Below, in pieces: positions 44,261 to 55,696 of a stretch of 64,000 bases of DNA (position 1 is its first letter; each line of letters opens with the position of its first letter). The DNA comes from Savitreella phatthalungensis (lineage: Eukaryota), in contig AP039694.1 in assembly GCA_051599415.1 (NCBI GenBank), forward strand, positions 124,001 through 188,000, read 5' to 3'. A program made the translations under genes and the position numbers. The notes beneath the pieces are model-generated. The model ran no database searches, was not told where the DNA came from, and was given only the letters and a program-made list of their open reading frames with translations.

Positions 44261-44642
44261 CCGAAATCAAGCCTGGTACACGTGCGTGTGGCTGAGAGGT
44301 CAAGGTGGGCTAAATGTGGCTGATGATTGAACTCTCTGATCTGATGTCAGGTGATCAGATCAATCAATCAATCAACCATCACAGACACCACCACTCCTTC
44401 AGGTCACCTCACCTCACCTCACCTCTATCATCATCATTGTTCATCTTTCTCTTCCTTTCCTCCTCTCTCTCTTCTCTCTCTTCTCTCTCCTTGCTCTTCC
44501 TTCAAGAGTCAGTTGCATCCTAAGCAGGTCTCTCCTGCTCAGACGTTCTCACGCTCTCACGCTCAGTCGCTCAAACTTTCGAGGTCGGCATTTTATAAGC
44601 TCGTCAGTCAGGGCTAGGAGACCAAAGAATCAGGAGGAAGCT

Positions 44643-45512
44643 ATGTCACAGCCTCAAGCTGACGCTCAGCCTCAAACCCAGGCCAGCATCCAAGCTGATC
44701 CTCTCTCTCAGACCCAAGCTCAGAGTCAGCAACAACTCACAAATGAACCTCGATCCTTGCCTGCAACGAATCACCCCAACAACACTACCTCCAATCCAAC
44801 CTCAATAACCTCAGCCATCGCTTCCGCCATTCCATCTATCCCAACCTCTCTCCCTAGCAATCCTCTCCCACCGCTCATACGCCCAGCATTTCCATCAAAC
44901 ATGCGTATAGGCAGCGGATCCTTGCTTGGCGGATCCTCGCGTAAGCCAGACATCTATGCACGAAATCTAGCACGTACTGCAAAATCGGAAGCCTCCCTGG
45001 CAACCATGGCATTCGTCTTCAGTGCACTCGTTCAACGTGCCCAAAAGGACGTCTCCGGCGTTCCCGAATTCGAACGCAGATTGTCAGAACACGGCAGACA
45101 TATCGGCCGCCGCTGTCTCGAGTTGTATACTTACAGAGAGACCTCGCTGAGAAATCGGAAACGTGAGACTCGCCTACTAGGAATCATCCAGTGGATCTAC
45201 ACAACACTCTGGAGATCTCTCTTCGGTCGCACGGCGGACTCCCTGGAAAAGAGCAACACGGCAGCTGACGAATACATGCTGTTTGACAATGCACCAATTC
45301 TAAATACTTTTGTTAGTGTACCGAAAGAGATGGGTGGGCTCTCCTGCTCAGCATTTGTGGCAGGCATCATTGAAGGAGTCCTGACATCAGGTAACTTTCC
45401 ATGCAAGGTCTCTGCCCACTCTGTGGGTACCGATCAGATTCCTGACAGGACAGTCTTCCTCATCAAACTTGATCCATCTGTCATGGAAAGGGAAGAATAC
45501 CTCGGCGCCTAA
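44643..45512 (+). CDS. TRS31: TRAPP complex subunit Trs31/TRAPPC5
   Basis: EFERRLSEHG, RETRLLGII, LWRSLFGRTADSLEKS, FVSVPKEMGGLSCSAFVAGIIEG, FPCKVSAH, RTVFLIK. Confidence 0.92.
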   Translation: MSQPQADAQPQTQASIQADPLSQTQAQSQQQLTNEPRSLPATNHPNNTTSNPTSITSAIASAIPSIPTSLPSNPLPPLIRPAFPSNMRIGSGSLLGGSSRKPDIYARNLARTAKSEASLATMAFVFSALVQRAQKDVSGVPEFERRLSEHGRHIGRRCLELYTYRETSLRNRKRETRLLGIIQWIYTTLWRSLFGRTADSLEKSNTAADEYMLFDNAPILNTFVSVPKEMGGLSCSAFVAGIIEGVLTSGNFPCKVSAHSVGTDQIPDRTVFLIKLDPSVMEREEYLGA

Positions 45513-45544
45513 CAAGAGCATTTCTACAAACATGTCATGCACGA

Positions 45545-45571
45545 ATGAGCTAGATGAGCTAGATGAGCTAG
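45545..45571. repeat. 9-bp tandem repeat (ATGAGCTAG)x3 downstream of TRS31
   Basis: atgagctagatgagctagatgagctag. Confidence 0.85.
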
Positions 45572-45863
45572 GTGAAATGACTTATGACCGATGACTTTGA
45601 AAGAACTCCCAGGTTGTTGTCTTGAACCCCCATCTCTGCCGGAGCTTGACCGCTAGACTTCTACGGGTGTGTCGGGTGCATGATTTAATTGGCTACACAA
45701 CGTCATGCACATAGAAAATTCACCGTCCGATGACATGACCATATCACTGCATGTCACAGGGTCACTACGTACAGTCAAGGTAGTACTCACCCATGGCATG
45801 AGGTCAATGATCTAGTATATTTCACAAATCTTAGGGATCCTCAGCAAGTCTATCGGACACCGC

Positions 45864-47627
45864 ATGGAAGACTACGACTTTGCATCCCTACCATCCCGCG
45901 TTCAGGATGAGCTACTACATTTCCGCAGCGCCGCACGTCATGCAGCAGCCGTGGCAGCAGGCACATCTGCTCCAGCATACAGCTCTTGGAGACTGAGCTT
46001 CACCCATGGACTTCTTGTCGGTCAGCTTACAGTCATCATCATGATGGTCTTCTTCCTCAAATTCTTCATCTTTGCGGAAGTGCCTACCGGCAAAGGCTCA
46101 GGAGCATCATCTCCAGGTAGCGGCGCGGGCTTGCTGTCATCTGCGGCCGGCAGCGGACTCGATAGTCTTGGCGTCGGCGCCACTGCTGCTGCTGGCTTCC
46201 TTGACAGACGATTGCGGAAGAAGAAATCGCGAATCCTGAGAGGACCATCTCCACTGACGGCGACGCAAATCTTGAGCAAAACGTATTACAACACCTCATC
46301 ACATCGCGCAGAGTCGTTAGATTGGTTCAATGTTCTCGTCGCTCAGGCCCTCGCGCAGTTCCGTGACGATGCACAGAGCAAAGATGCCATTCTACATTCT
46401 CTTGACGCGATTCTGAACGGCGAACGCAAGCCTGACTTCCTTGGACCCATCCACATCACAGAGATTAACATGGGCGACGAGTTCCCTATCTTCTCAAGGT
46501 GCCGGATCGATCTCGTCAATGACGATGGCTCAGTCACTGGACAGGATCCCCTTGGCGCGTCACCTGCGAGAAAGGTGAGCACGTCAGTGGCAGGTGGGAT
46601 CTCTGCCGCTACGGGTTCCACTGGTGCTGCGCCCGGAAATAATCCTTCCGGGGGTCCAGCGGGATCGGGTGCAAACGCAAATAGCAATGCCACAAACACC
46701 TCATCAGCCGCAAATGCTGCAGCAGCTGCTGACAAGAGACTTCTGCACGCCACAATGGATATCGACTTTAGCGATCAGATCACCTTGGCCGTAGAGACGT
46801 CACTGCTATTGAACTTCCCATCGAAAGCATTCGCCACACTGCCGGTCGCCCTCGGCGTCACGATCTGCAGATTCTCAGGAACGCTCTCTGTCAGCATTAT
46901 CCGTCCTATCGACCCGGACTCCTCTTCCTCTCCACCACTCTTCACCTCACCGGACGGCAAGTCAGGTCCGGCTTCCACAACCTCTATGACGTTCTCACTC
47001 CAGCCTGACTTTGAACTCGACTTGCAAATCCGGTCACTCATCGGCAGCCGGTCGCGCCTGCAAGACATCCCGAAGATTGCCCAGCTGGTTGAGAGTGGTT
47101 TGCGGAGATGGATCGAGGAGCGCTGTGTGACGCCGCGGTACCAGCGAATCGACATCCCTAGCTTGTGGCCTTCGAAGACGCGGACGAGAGATGCGACGGA
47201 TGCCAAGTCTGCCGCGTCAATCAATGGCGACTCCACTGGTGCCCCTCCACCATCCTCATCATCTGCACCATCAGAAAAACCACTCTCCCAAACCACCACG
47301 CTACACCCGCCACCTGCAACGCCGCTGCGTGCGCGGACGCCCCTGCTGGGCAAGTCAGGGACGCCTGGTGGAGGTGATTCGATTCGATGGGCTTCAGATG
47401 CCAGAATGCAAGGTCAGTCTGGATCGGAGGCGATCCGATCTCCTACGCCGGATATCCAGAGCACATCGACTGAGAATCAACCTGCTTCTGCACGTCCACC
47501 GCCACAGCAACAACACAACATCATCGGCTCAATGCCAGGAGCGTTCACCTCCTCGTCCTCACTACGTCGGACGGCCAGTTCTTCAGGCGGGAGTGCCGCA
47601 GGCGAGGTACGTAGACGGGATGTTTGA
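45864..47627 (+). CDS. MMM1: ERMES subunit Mmm1 (SMP domain)
   Basis: SFTHGLLVGQL...FLKFFIF TM, ILSKTYYN, ESLDWFNVLVAQ, EFPIFSRC, RSLIGSRSRLQDIPKIAQLVE, PSLWP. Confidence 0.95.
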   Translation: MEDYDFASLPSRVQDELLHFRSAARHAAAVAAGTSAPAYSSWRLSFTHGLLVGQLTVIIMMVFFLKFFIFAEVPTGKGSGASSPGSGAGLLSSAAGSGLDSLGVGATAAAGFLDRRLRKKKSRILRGPSPLTATQILSKTYYNTSSHRAESLDWFNVLVAQALAQFRDDAQSKDAILHSLDAILNGERKPDFLGPIHITEINMGDEFPIFSRCRIDLVNDDGSVTGQDPLGASPARKVSTSVAGGISAATGSTGAAPGNNPSGGPAGSGANANSNATNTSSAANAAAAADKRLLHATMDIDFSDQITLAVETSLLLNFPSKAFATLPVALGVTICRFSGTLSVSIIRPIDPDSSSSPPLFTSPDGKSGPASTTSMTFSLQPDFELDLQIRSLIGSRSRLQDIPKIAQLVESGLRRWIEERCVTPRYQRIDIPSLWPSKTRTRDATDAKSAASINGDSTGAPPPSSSSAPSEKPLSQTTTLHPPPATPLRARTPLLGKSGTPGGGDSIRWASDARMQGQSGSEAIRSPTPDIQSTSTENQPASARPPPQQQHNIIGSMPGAFTSSSSLRRTASSSGGSAAGEVRRRDV

Positions 47628-47697
47628 GACTCGTTGATTGTAATTAATGGGTATGCATACGCCCCACTAAGTACTACTACTGCTACTAAACAGCTTC

Positions 47698-50274
47698 TCA
47701 CCCGGCCGAAGGCACTGTCGAGTACGCGCTCACTGATACACTGATCTTGCCAATCAGATCTGCAGGAGAGAATGGCGAAGTCGTTTGACCATCGTCAGCG
47801 TCGTAGTCAAAGTCACTATACAGTTGCGCGTTCTCGTGATCATCGTAGGTGTGAGGAAGAGTGGAGATCGATAACTGCTCAACAATGGCTGCCTCGTCGA
47901 CATCGGGTTGGGCCACCTTGATCGATGTGGGTGTAAGCTTGCGGACGATATTGAGCGGTGGCGTTTCTGCACGATCGAGCCAGGTCGGAGGGTGGCTCGA
48001 TCGCGCAGCTCGAGCGACGAGACGAGCGAGCGGTGTGATGATGTGCGGTTGACCTGGGAACCTTACAGGCGAAAGCTTTTGGCCATCAGCTCGACACACG
48101 ATAGATCGTTCTTCACAGTCCCTGATCTGTGGAGGTCGAGGTTTGGAAAATTCAGCACTGACCTCACTGGCGCCATCTTCAAGCCATCGCCGAAGATAAG
48201 CACCATTATCACTGGCAAGAGGCGTTCCCGAATGGCGACGAAATTCGCGAGGTGCAGTTTCTTTCACGGATGCCAATCGTGTAGCTCTCAGCAGAGATGA
48301 TTGGCTGGAAGCGCGGTTGAGTTTGTCATTCAATCTGCGTTGCAGAGAGGTACCCCTAGTATCAGTCGGTGAGACTCGCGAATCCCGGTCCTTTCGGAGA
48401 GATTTCTCGTCATCATCCGTTCGCCACGATCGTAAGTCTGTTTCCGGATTCCCATGCCCGCGCTCAGCTTCCAATGCTGACCATAGAGTCTGCGCTGGAT
48501 CGACAAATGGATCATCGAGAAATGGTTGATAGGTTCGAGGCTGCTTTTGTCGACGGCGATAGGCTAGGTAACGCTGATCAGTGGACTCGCTCGAATGTCG
48601 TTTACTGAGGTCGGTCGATCCATGATGAAGCTTAAAAGTGCGTGATTCTGGTCTCACCGTTCTATCCGGATCTGTGGCGCCAACCATCCCAATGTGCTCT
48701 GATCTGCTGAGATAGGGGTTGCCGTGATGTTTCTTTGACGGCGCAGGTGGATTGACAGCTGTCTGTGCGCTTGAGCGGCTAGACGCAGTGGCCGCGATGA
48801 TGCTTGACATTCGGCTCAGTAATGATGCTGATGCTGTCAGCGGTCCGCCTAGCACTTTCTCTATTTGGCTCATATGGAGCTGCAAATACTTAAACACGGT
48901 GAGTGCGTCGGCGCACAGACTTGATCCAGATTTGAGTGCCTGACTTAGCTCGTGCTCGGCTTCCAGCATTGCGTCCAGCAGCTCTTGACGAGGTTTGAGT
49001 GAAGGCAAGCACCGCTGAACCTCACACGCTGTTGTCCGAGCAAAATGCATCAAATGACGGAGGATAAGATCGACATCGGATTCGAAAACGAACCCTGATA
49101 TCCTTTTGAGCTTCAAGTCAAAGGCCGGCAGAACTATACGCGCACCCTCTTGCAAGAAAGGGTGACTGTAACTGATTTCATATGCCAGCACACGTGCCGG
49201 CTCACTCATCACCATATCGTGCAGACGGGACGTGCTCCATGCCGGTGTCGTATTTGGAGGATTATTCGCTGGAGATCCTGAAGGACCGCTCGGCAACAGC
49301 AGCCGATAGAATCGTGAAAGTTCCTCAAACGCACCAAGTCGTGGCACCTTCACTACTAAGGGCCGTGGCAATGTCTTCTCTGCAAATTGCGTAGGACGAA
49401 GAATGTCGACACCGGCAGCGAGGTAAATCTCGAGTCGGACGTCTCTCGCGGGTAGCGGTCTCATGCCTGGTCTCGAATACCGCACGTAAGTGCCCATGAG
49501 GTCGATGGAATGCAGCAAGCAACCTCGCTCACTTGCGTGAGCTAATTTTTGCAAGATCTCAAGATGGGCCAAAGGACCTAATGCTATGCAGTCTGTGTGA
49601 TGCGTGGTACCAATGTCTGACACGCGATTCATCACGTCTCTCGTGATTGCGAATCCGTCTGTGATGAAGAGCAGAATTGTTTGAGTCCACTCTGCGCCGT
49701 TACGATGCTGTTTGGGCTTCACACAGCTCTCAACAATATTCAAGAGGTTGCGTGACCTTTCGTGTGTGTCAATGCTTGCGTCCGTCGTATTGTATGGCAA
49801 TACTGACCGAAGTCTCTTGAGTACCGTCTTTGGATCTGTCAAGTACGTTCTCCTCATCAGACGATGCTTGTACATATTTGAAAACGAGCCATAGATTGAG
49901 AGGGTATCCGCAAGATCAAGCTCATTGCAAAGATTGCTCACGGCATCGAAGCAGTGGTCAAGCATAACGCGTCCAGGCGACTCCGCGTCAAGAATAATGT
50001 TGATGGCCACCGGATTGCACCAAATGGAGTCTTTCCTCTTTTCCGCCAAGACGTGACAGGTAGCCCTGAGCTCGACATCGACTGAGCACTCAAGTGTAGT
50101 GACGATGGTGTTGCTGCTGAGGATAGTGGATTCGAGTGCAAGGCGTTGTTCTCCGTGAGGGACTTTGTTGGGCGACAATTTATGTGCTGATTTGGGAGGG
50201 CTACTAATGTGCTCCCAAAGTTTGCGAATAGGACTGACAGCAGTAGTGAGCGGCTTCTTGGTCGGAATGACCAT
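47698..50274 (-). CDS. Hypothetical protein with a degenerate VWA-like domain and a disordered C-terminus
   Basis: 858-aa ATG-initiated ORF. AINIILDAES, ILLFITDG and CIALG...LEILQKLAH resemble a von Willebrand A fold. Confidence 0.6.
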   Translation of the reverse strand: MVIPTKKPLTTAVSPIRKLWEHISSPPKSAHKLSPNKVPHGEQRLALESTILSSNTIVTTLECSVDVELRATCHVLAEKRKDSIWCNPVAINIILDAESPGRVMLDHCFDAVSNLCNELDLADTLSIYGSFSNMYKHRLMRRTYLTDPKTVLKRLRSVLPYNTTDASIDTHERSRNLLNIVESCVKPKQHRNGAEWTQTILLFITDGFAITRDVMNRVSDIGTTHHTDCIALGPLAHLEILQKLAHASERGCLLHSIDLMGTYVRYSRPGMRPLPARDVRLEIYLAAGVDILRPTQFAEKTLPRPLVVKVPRLGAFEELSRFYRLLLPSGPSGSPANNPPNTTPAWSTSRLHDMVMSEPARVLAYEISYSHPFLQEGARIVLPAFDLKLKRISGFVFESDVDLILRHLMHFARTTACEVQRCLPSLKPRQELLDAMLEAEHELSQALKSGSSLCADALTVFKYLQLHMSQIEKVLGGPLTASASLLSRMSSIIAATASSRSSAQTAVNPPAPSKKHHGNPYLSRSEHIGMVGATDPDRTVRPESRTFKLHHGSTDLSKRHSSESTDQRYLAYRRRQKQPRTYQPFLDDPFVDPAQTLWSALEAERGHGNPETDLRSWRTDDDEKSLRKDRDSRVSPTDTRGTSLQRRLNDKLNRASSQSSLLRATRLASVKETAPREFRRHSGTPLASDNGAYLRRWLEDGASEVSAEFSKPRPPQIRDCEERSIVCRADGQKLSPVRFPGQPHIITPLARLVARAARSSHPPTWLDRAETPPLNIVRKLTPTSIKVAQPDVDEAAIVEQLSISTLPHTYDDHENAQLYSDFDYDADDGQTTSPFSPADLIGKISVSVSAYSTVPSAG

Positions 50275-52146
50275 GCCAGCTAGCTGAGCGCATATCGTGC
50301 AGTCTCCATCCTAATGACGGTCAGTCATGCTGCGCGACAAATAGTCCAGTGGTGCGAGTGCTTACAAAGCAGAGAGAATGATAGAAGCTGCGACAATCCT
50401 GACAGCGGACAGCTTGTAACATGTCAGCAATACAAGCGTCACATGCTTGACAGAGTTGAAGCTGGTCGAATCTACTTGCACCATCACTTTTCTGTCTCAG
50501 TGGTGATTCCGGGATGATTTCTCGCTCGAGCCTGGACCTGAACGACCTGCACGTTACAGGAGTTCGTATTGGAGTGGAGGTGTCTGTCAGAGCGATCCTT
50601 CGTTGTGTACTGATTTGGCCAGAGTCTCTCGAGACGGAATACATATCTGCGGATAGTCCTGAGACGAAACGTGCTGATTGGGCGTAACAAGCAAGCCACT
50701 AACTCTCAAGAGGTGTAGCGCGTGACACAAGCGTGATGAAGCTGGATGTGTTAAGTAAAGAAGGGGAAGAATCACTGTCACTAGTCTGTAAAGATGATGC
50801 AAGCAAGAGATCTGGTGGCGGATGGAAGTGGAAAGAAGGTCGAGTGTCTGTGGTGTGCGTGGTCATTTGTGGGTTGAGTGACCCAGAGCTTGGTGTTTTG
50901 CTGTGGAATTGAGAATTTCCACGAATGATCACGGGCAGTGGCGATAATTGAACTGCACCATCGAGGATCAAGTTTAAATGGACCTGCAAACTAGCTTGTG
51001 CTTTTGACGGTATACAGAACAGGGAAATCGAGCGTTAAGCATCCGAACCGCGATGACCGGCAGAAGACTTACACCTGGCAGTGCTTTTGATCGCAATGCC
51101 TCTTTTGACGTCGATTCCGACTACTTGACTTTGTGTCATTCATCGATCCAGTCTCGCGTGATGGAGTCAAATGACGGGAAGAAGTCGTTCAGAGTCAGCT
51201 TCGAACCGCAGCGTCGAGATTGATGCCCACTGCAATAGACCTCAGAGAACGGTCTAAGATCCATTGACTTGCATCCATCACCTGCATTGGTCACTTGAGC
51301 AGTAGATTGTACGTCCAGCTGTATTTGATTGTTCCGTGTGCACATATGTGCGTCCAATTGTCTCATCCATTCATCATAACTTGAATTTGATTGTCTCCTA
51401 ATTGCTCTATGCCTCATCGATCACACGGATGAGCACATTCTAGAGTGTATGGATTCTCATCTTAAGAGTTCAAGGCTCGATCATGCGTTCAGCTCGAACC
51501 TCACATATTGATCCAACTGGCACTATAGTACTATCAAGCACCAATGAGCCGATTCGACTTGGAGAGGAGTAGATCGGACACATCGATCGATGAGACTTCT
51601 ACTTCATTGATGCATCTCCCACTCTGTATGCATGTGTCATACGGAGCTAGAATTATCGATTAGTTCTATCTGATTTCCGAATAGGTTCTGATTGACAATG
51701 ATTAAAGGAATCAAGTTTATATTGGTTCACGTATACGTATATATAAGCATGCTTGTCAATCTTCAATAATGCTGATACACCCCAGCTTTGACCTTGTTGC
51801 TCATCCTGTATTCCAATCAAAATTAGAATTCAGAGCTACAGTAGCTAAATTTAGATGCACATCCACCAAACACGCGCAAAAGGGCAACAAACAAGAAAGA
51901 ACGGACGCGTATCTCACTGACCCCAGGCCTGACTCCTCACCAGTCAACACTTCTCCTCCTCCATCACTTGTCATCCTACGAGCTCTAAGCTATTTGCTAT
52001 CGGCGCATACACATGGCTCCATGACTCGTGCACGGGATTCACGATTCTGTCTTTTGCTAAAGAGATCAAGCGCACAGCAAGAAGCATAGAGAACATTGTT
52101 GGCCAGGGAGCCATTCACCTCTGCTCAGCTCCTTGAACCTACGACC

Positions 52147-54954
52147 ATGTCGACTCCATCGCCCAGCAGCGTCAAGGTCGTCTGTCGATTCAGACCTATC
52201 AACAAAATAGAAGCTGCCCATGGTCAAACGACACCTGTCGTCGACTTTGAAGGCACGGAAAGCGTCAAGATCGATTCTGATGGAGGCAATATACACGACA
52301 GCTTCACCTTCGACAGGGTCTTTGATATGGACTCTAGGCAGGAAGACGTTTTTGACTATTCCATCAAATCTACCGTCGATGATGTCCTCAACGGCTATAA
52401 CGGCACAGTCTTTGCTTACGGACAGACAGGCGCGGGCAAATCTTTCACCATGATGGGCGCAGATTTGGCCAATCGAGATCTCAGAGGCGTTATCCCGCGC
52501 ATCATCGAGCAGATCTTTGACCATATCGCTTCTGCACCAAGTAATATGGAGTATACGGTCAAAGTGTCATACATGGAAATTTACATGGAACGCATCCGTG
52601 ACCTACTTGCCCCAGCGAACGACAACCTGCCAATTCACGAGGACAAGCAGCGTGGAGTCTACGTTAAAGGACTGCTCGAGGTCTATGTGAGCTCGCTCGA
52701 TGAAGTGTACCAAGTGCTCTCCCAGGGTGGCGCCTCTCGAGCAGTTTCGTCCACAAACATGAACACTGAGTCTTCACGGTCTCATTCGATCTTTGTTGTG
52801 ACCATCACTCAGAAGAATGTTGAGACTGGCAGCGCGAAGATGGGACAGCTGAACCTTGTTGACCTTGCTGGCAGCGAAAAAGTCGGCAAGACAGGCGCGT
52901 CCGGCCAGACACTTGAGGAAGCCAAGAAAATCAACAAATCTCTCTCAGCGCTCGGCAATGTCATCAATGCTCTTACAGATGGCAAATCCTCACACGTTCC
53001 TTACCGCGATTCTAAGCTGACGAGAATCCTGCAAGAGTCGCTGGGCGGCAATTCGCGGACCACACTCATCATCAATTGCTCCCCTTCAGCTTACAATGAC
53101 GCTGAGACCTTATCGACCCTCAGATTCGGCATGCGCGCCAAGTCAATCAAGAACAAGGCCAAGATCAATGCGGAGCTGTCGCCTGCTGAGCTCAAGCAAC
53201 AACTACGAAAGGCGCGACAGGATGTGGTCACATATCAGGAGTACGCTGCAGTGCTAGAAGGTGAAGTCACCTTGTGGCGTGCTGGAGAACATGTGCCGGA
53301 TGAGAAGCGAGCGAAGCTTGGCACTACTGCAACGCCGCTCGCAGCATTGAAAAACGGCTCCGTCGAGGACATTGCATCAATCAGAACGCAAACGCCACTG
53401 CCTGGCCACACACCGCTAGAGAAGGACGAACGGGAAGAATTCCTACGGCGAGAGAACGAGTTGCAGGATCAGCTGAGCGAGCGAGAGACATTGACAGCTC
53501 GCCAGGAGAAGCTGCTCCAGACACTGCGATCCGAGCTTGAGCTTCTCCGCGCGCATGATGCAGAAGCTGCACAAAAGCTTGAGACGTTGAATGCACAACA
53601 CGGTGAGATGGCGATGAATCTTGAGAAAGCAACATTTGAGCAGAAAGAGGCATACATTACAATGGACTCGCTCAAAGACGCTAACGCTGAGCTCGCAAAT
53701 GAGTTGGAAGAGGTCAAGAAAGCACTTGTCCAAGCGCGTTCTTCGCAGGCTGCAGCCATCGCAGCAGCATCTTCCACCACAGAATCGGCGACTGCGTCGC
53801 CAGATCGCGAGCGTCGCAAGCAGGAGAAGCTGCGATACATGATGGCTTCATTCGAGAACGGCTCACATGGTAAGCTAGAGGGTCTACTTCAGCAGGTAGG
53901 TACCTTCCCTGGTTTGACAGAAGATCAGCGCGTAGCGCTTCGTACGCAGGTTGAGACCTTGCGGGAGACTGTTGACGCGGCAGAGCTCGGTCTTGCCGAG
54001 CGCAATGAGACCGTGGATGCGCTGACGCGACGTAAAGAAGATGTCGAGTCACGATTGCGGCAGATGCAGCAGGATTATCAGGCATTGCTCGACAAGACGC
54101 TTCGATCGGGCGGCACGTTATCTGAAGAGGACATTCGTGCGCTCCAGCAATCGATCGAGGCGCAGAATCAGGCAACAGCGACAGCGGCAGATACACGGCA
54201 ATTGGAGCTAGATGCAGAACGTGCCGCAGAAGAGCTTCGTCATCTTCGAGCGACCGTCAAGGCACTTCAGCGCGGTGCCGCCGCAGCAGGCAGCAACGGA
54301 GAGGCCGGTGGCCTTTCGGCTGCGCAAGCTGCTGAGTTTGACGTGATGAAGCGGTCACTGATGCGTGACTTGCAGTCGCGCTGCGAGCGCGTTGTCGAGC
54401 TTGAGATTGCACTGGACGAGACGCGAGAGCAGTACGCTTCAGTCCTCCGCGCTGCCAACTCACGACAGCAGCACAAGAAGATGGCCTTCCTCGAGCGCAA
54501 CCTAGAGCAACTTACATCCGTCCAGCGCCAGCTCGTCGACCAGAATGCCTCGCTGAAAAAGGAAGTCGCCATTGCGGAGCGCAAGCTCATTGCCCGAAAT
54601 GACAGAATCACGTCGCTCGAGCATCTCCTGCACGATGCTCAGGACAAGCTGATGAATCAGAATGCACGGTTCGAGCAGCAGCTGTCGACAGTGCGCGAGC
54701 GTCTGGAAGCTGCACGAATCAAGAGCAGCAACAGCACGGTCGGGACACCCACGCAATCGAGTTCCAGCGTCGGCTCTGCCTTTGGAGGATTCTTTAGCAA
54801 CGCAGGCGGCAAGATTGCAAAACCTCTACGGGGTGGAGGCTCAGATAACGCGAATGGCATGGCCGGTGGCGCAGCCCCAGTCACTCCAGTCTCAGCGCTC
54901 AAACTACAAGAACAGTCCGCAACCAAACGCAATTCATGGTTCGGCCGCGGTTGA
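52147..54954 (+). CDS. Kinesin-1 heavy chain (KinA/Nkin/Klp3 type)
   Basis: VKVVCRFRP, FAYGQTGAGKS, SSRSH, LVDLAGSE, HVPYRDSKLT. Fungal tail EFDVMKRSLMRDLQSRCERVVELE and IAK motif KIAKPLRGG. Confidence 0.97.
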   Translation: MSTPSPSSVKVVCRFRPINKIEAAHGQTTPVVDFEGTESVKIDSDGGNIHDSFTFDRVFDMDSRQEDVFDYSIKSTVDDVLNGYNGTVFAYGQTGAGKSFTMMGADLANRDLRGVIPRIIEQIFDHIASAPSNMEYTVKVSYMEIYMERIRDLLAPANDNLPIHEDKQRGVYVKGLLEVYVSSLDEVYQVLSQGGASRAVSSTNMNTESSRSHSIFVVTITQKNVETGSAKMGQLNLVDLAGSEKVGKTGASGQTLEEAKKINKSLSALGNVINALTDGKSSHVPYRDSKLTRILQESLGGNSRTTLIINCSPSAYNDAETLSTLRFGMRAKSIKNKAKINAELSPAELKQQLRKARQDVVTYQEYAAVLEGEVTLWRAGEHVPDEKRAKLGTTATPLAALKNGSVEDIASIRTQTPLPGHTPLEKDEREEFLRRENELQDQLSERETLTARQEKLLQTLRSELELLRAHDAEAAQKLETLNAQHGEMAMNLEKATFEQKEAYITMDSLKDANAELANELEEVKKALVQARSSQAAAIAAASSTTESATASPDRERRKQEKLRYMMASFENGSHGKLEGLLQQVGTFPGLTEDQRVALRTQVETLRETVDAAELGLAERNETVDALTRRKEDVESRLRQMQQDYQALLDKTLRSGGTLSEEDIRALQQSIEAQNQATATAADTRQLELDAERAAEELRHLRATVKALQRGAAAAGSNGEAGGLSAAQAAEFDVMKRSLMRDLQSRCERVVELEIALDETREQYASVLRAANSRQQHKKMAFLERNLEQLTSVQRQLVDQNASLKKEVAIAERKLIARNDRITSLEHLLHDAQDKLMNQNARFEQQLSTVRERLEAARIKSSNSTVGTPTQSSSSVGSAFGGFFSNAGGKIAKPLRGGGSDNANGMAGGAAPVTPVSALKLQEQSATKRNSWFGRG

Positions 54955-55696
54955 TTGGAGGGAGACAGTCTCCCATCAGACTATACTAGATATTGTATAT
55001 CCGCATGATGTGATGAATGTCTTATGACAGCGGCGACGGATCAGAGTATAGCAGCTACATATGTCCAGTATATATCTGGAGTATCGAGTCTGTATGACAG
55101 GTGGAGTCTGTATGACATGTGAAGTCGATGCACGTGATCAAATCACCTGTTTTGATGAAAGCTCCCTCACTCACTCCGGCTGGAACTTTGCATGCAATGT
55201 GTAATGGACATCTATGGCTCGAATGCACAGGAATTCGTAAAGTCTAAACTCACATCTTCAGCTTAGATTCTCAATTGACCTCGGAATTTCGAATTTTCAA
55301 CTGTGGAGAATGCATATATCAATTTAACTCTCGAGAGGATCTCCTGTGTTAGAGAGGCGCTCTTTCGGCCCTCGGAAGAATCCAGTCACTAGAATAATTG
55401 TATACAGGGCCAAAGTCGGAGCAAGAGTGGAGTCTCCGAGTGGAGTGTGACTGCACACAACGGGCCCATCGGATTGTGAGGCTAGCGAGCAAGTGTGGAG
55501 ACACAATCACGCACACATACACACGCACCAGTGGGGTCACACACCCTTACGCTCCCAATCCAGCACGCATTCGTCACTCAGTCAACGTCTCTTTGGTGTC
55601 AGGGTCAATAGCACTTGAACTGACTGCTTTAGCCGAAAGGTTTGTACACACTCGTAGCGGTTCGTCACATCTCACTCCATCACAACGTCTGCCGAC

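Noticed and set aside
45545..45571. Short tandem repeats as a CRISPR-like array
   Set aside because: No spacers and a eukaryotic context; simple slippage repeats.
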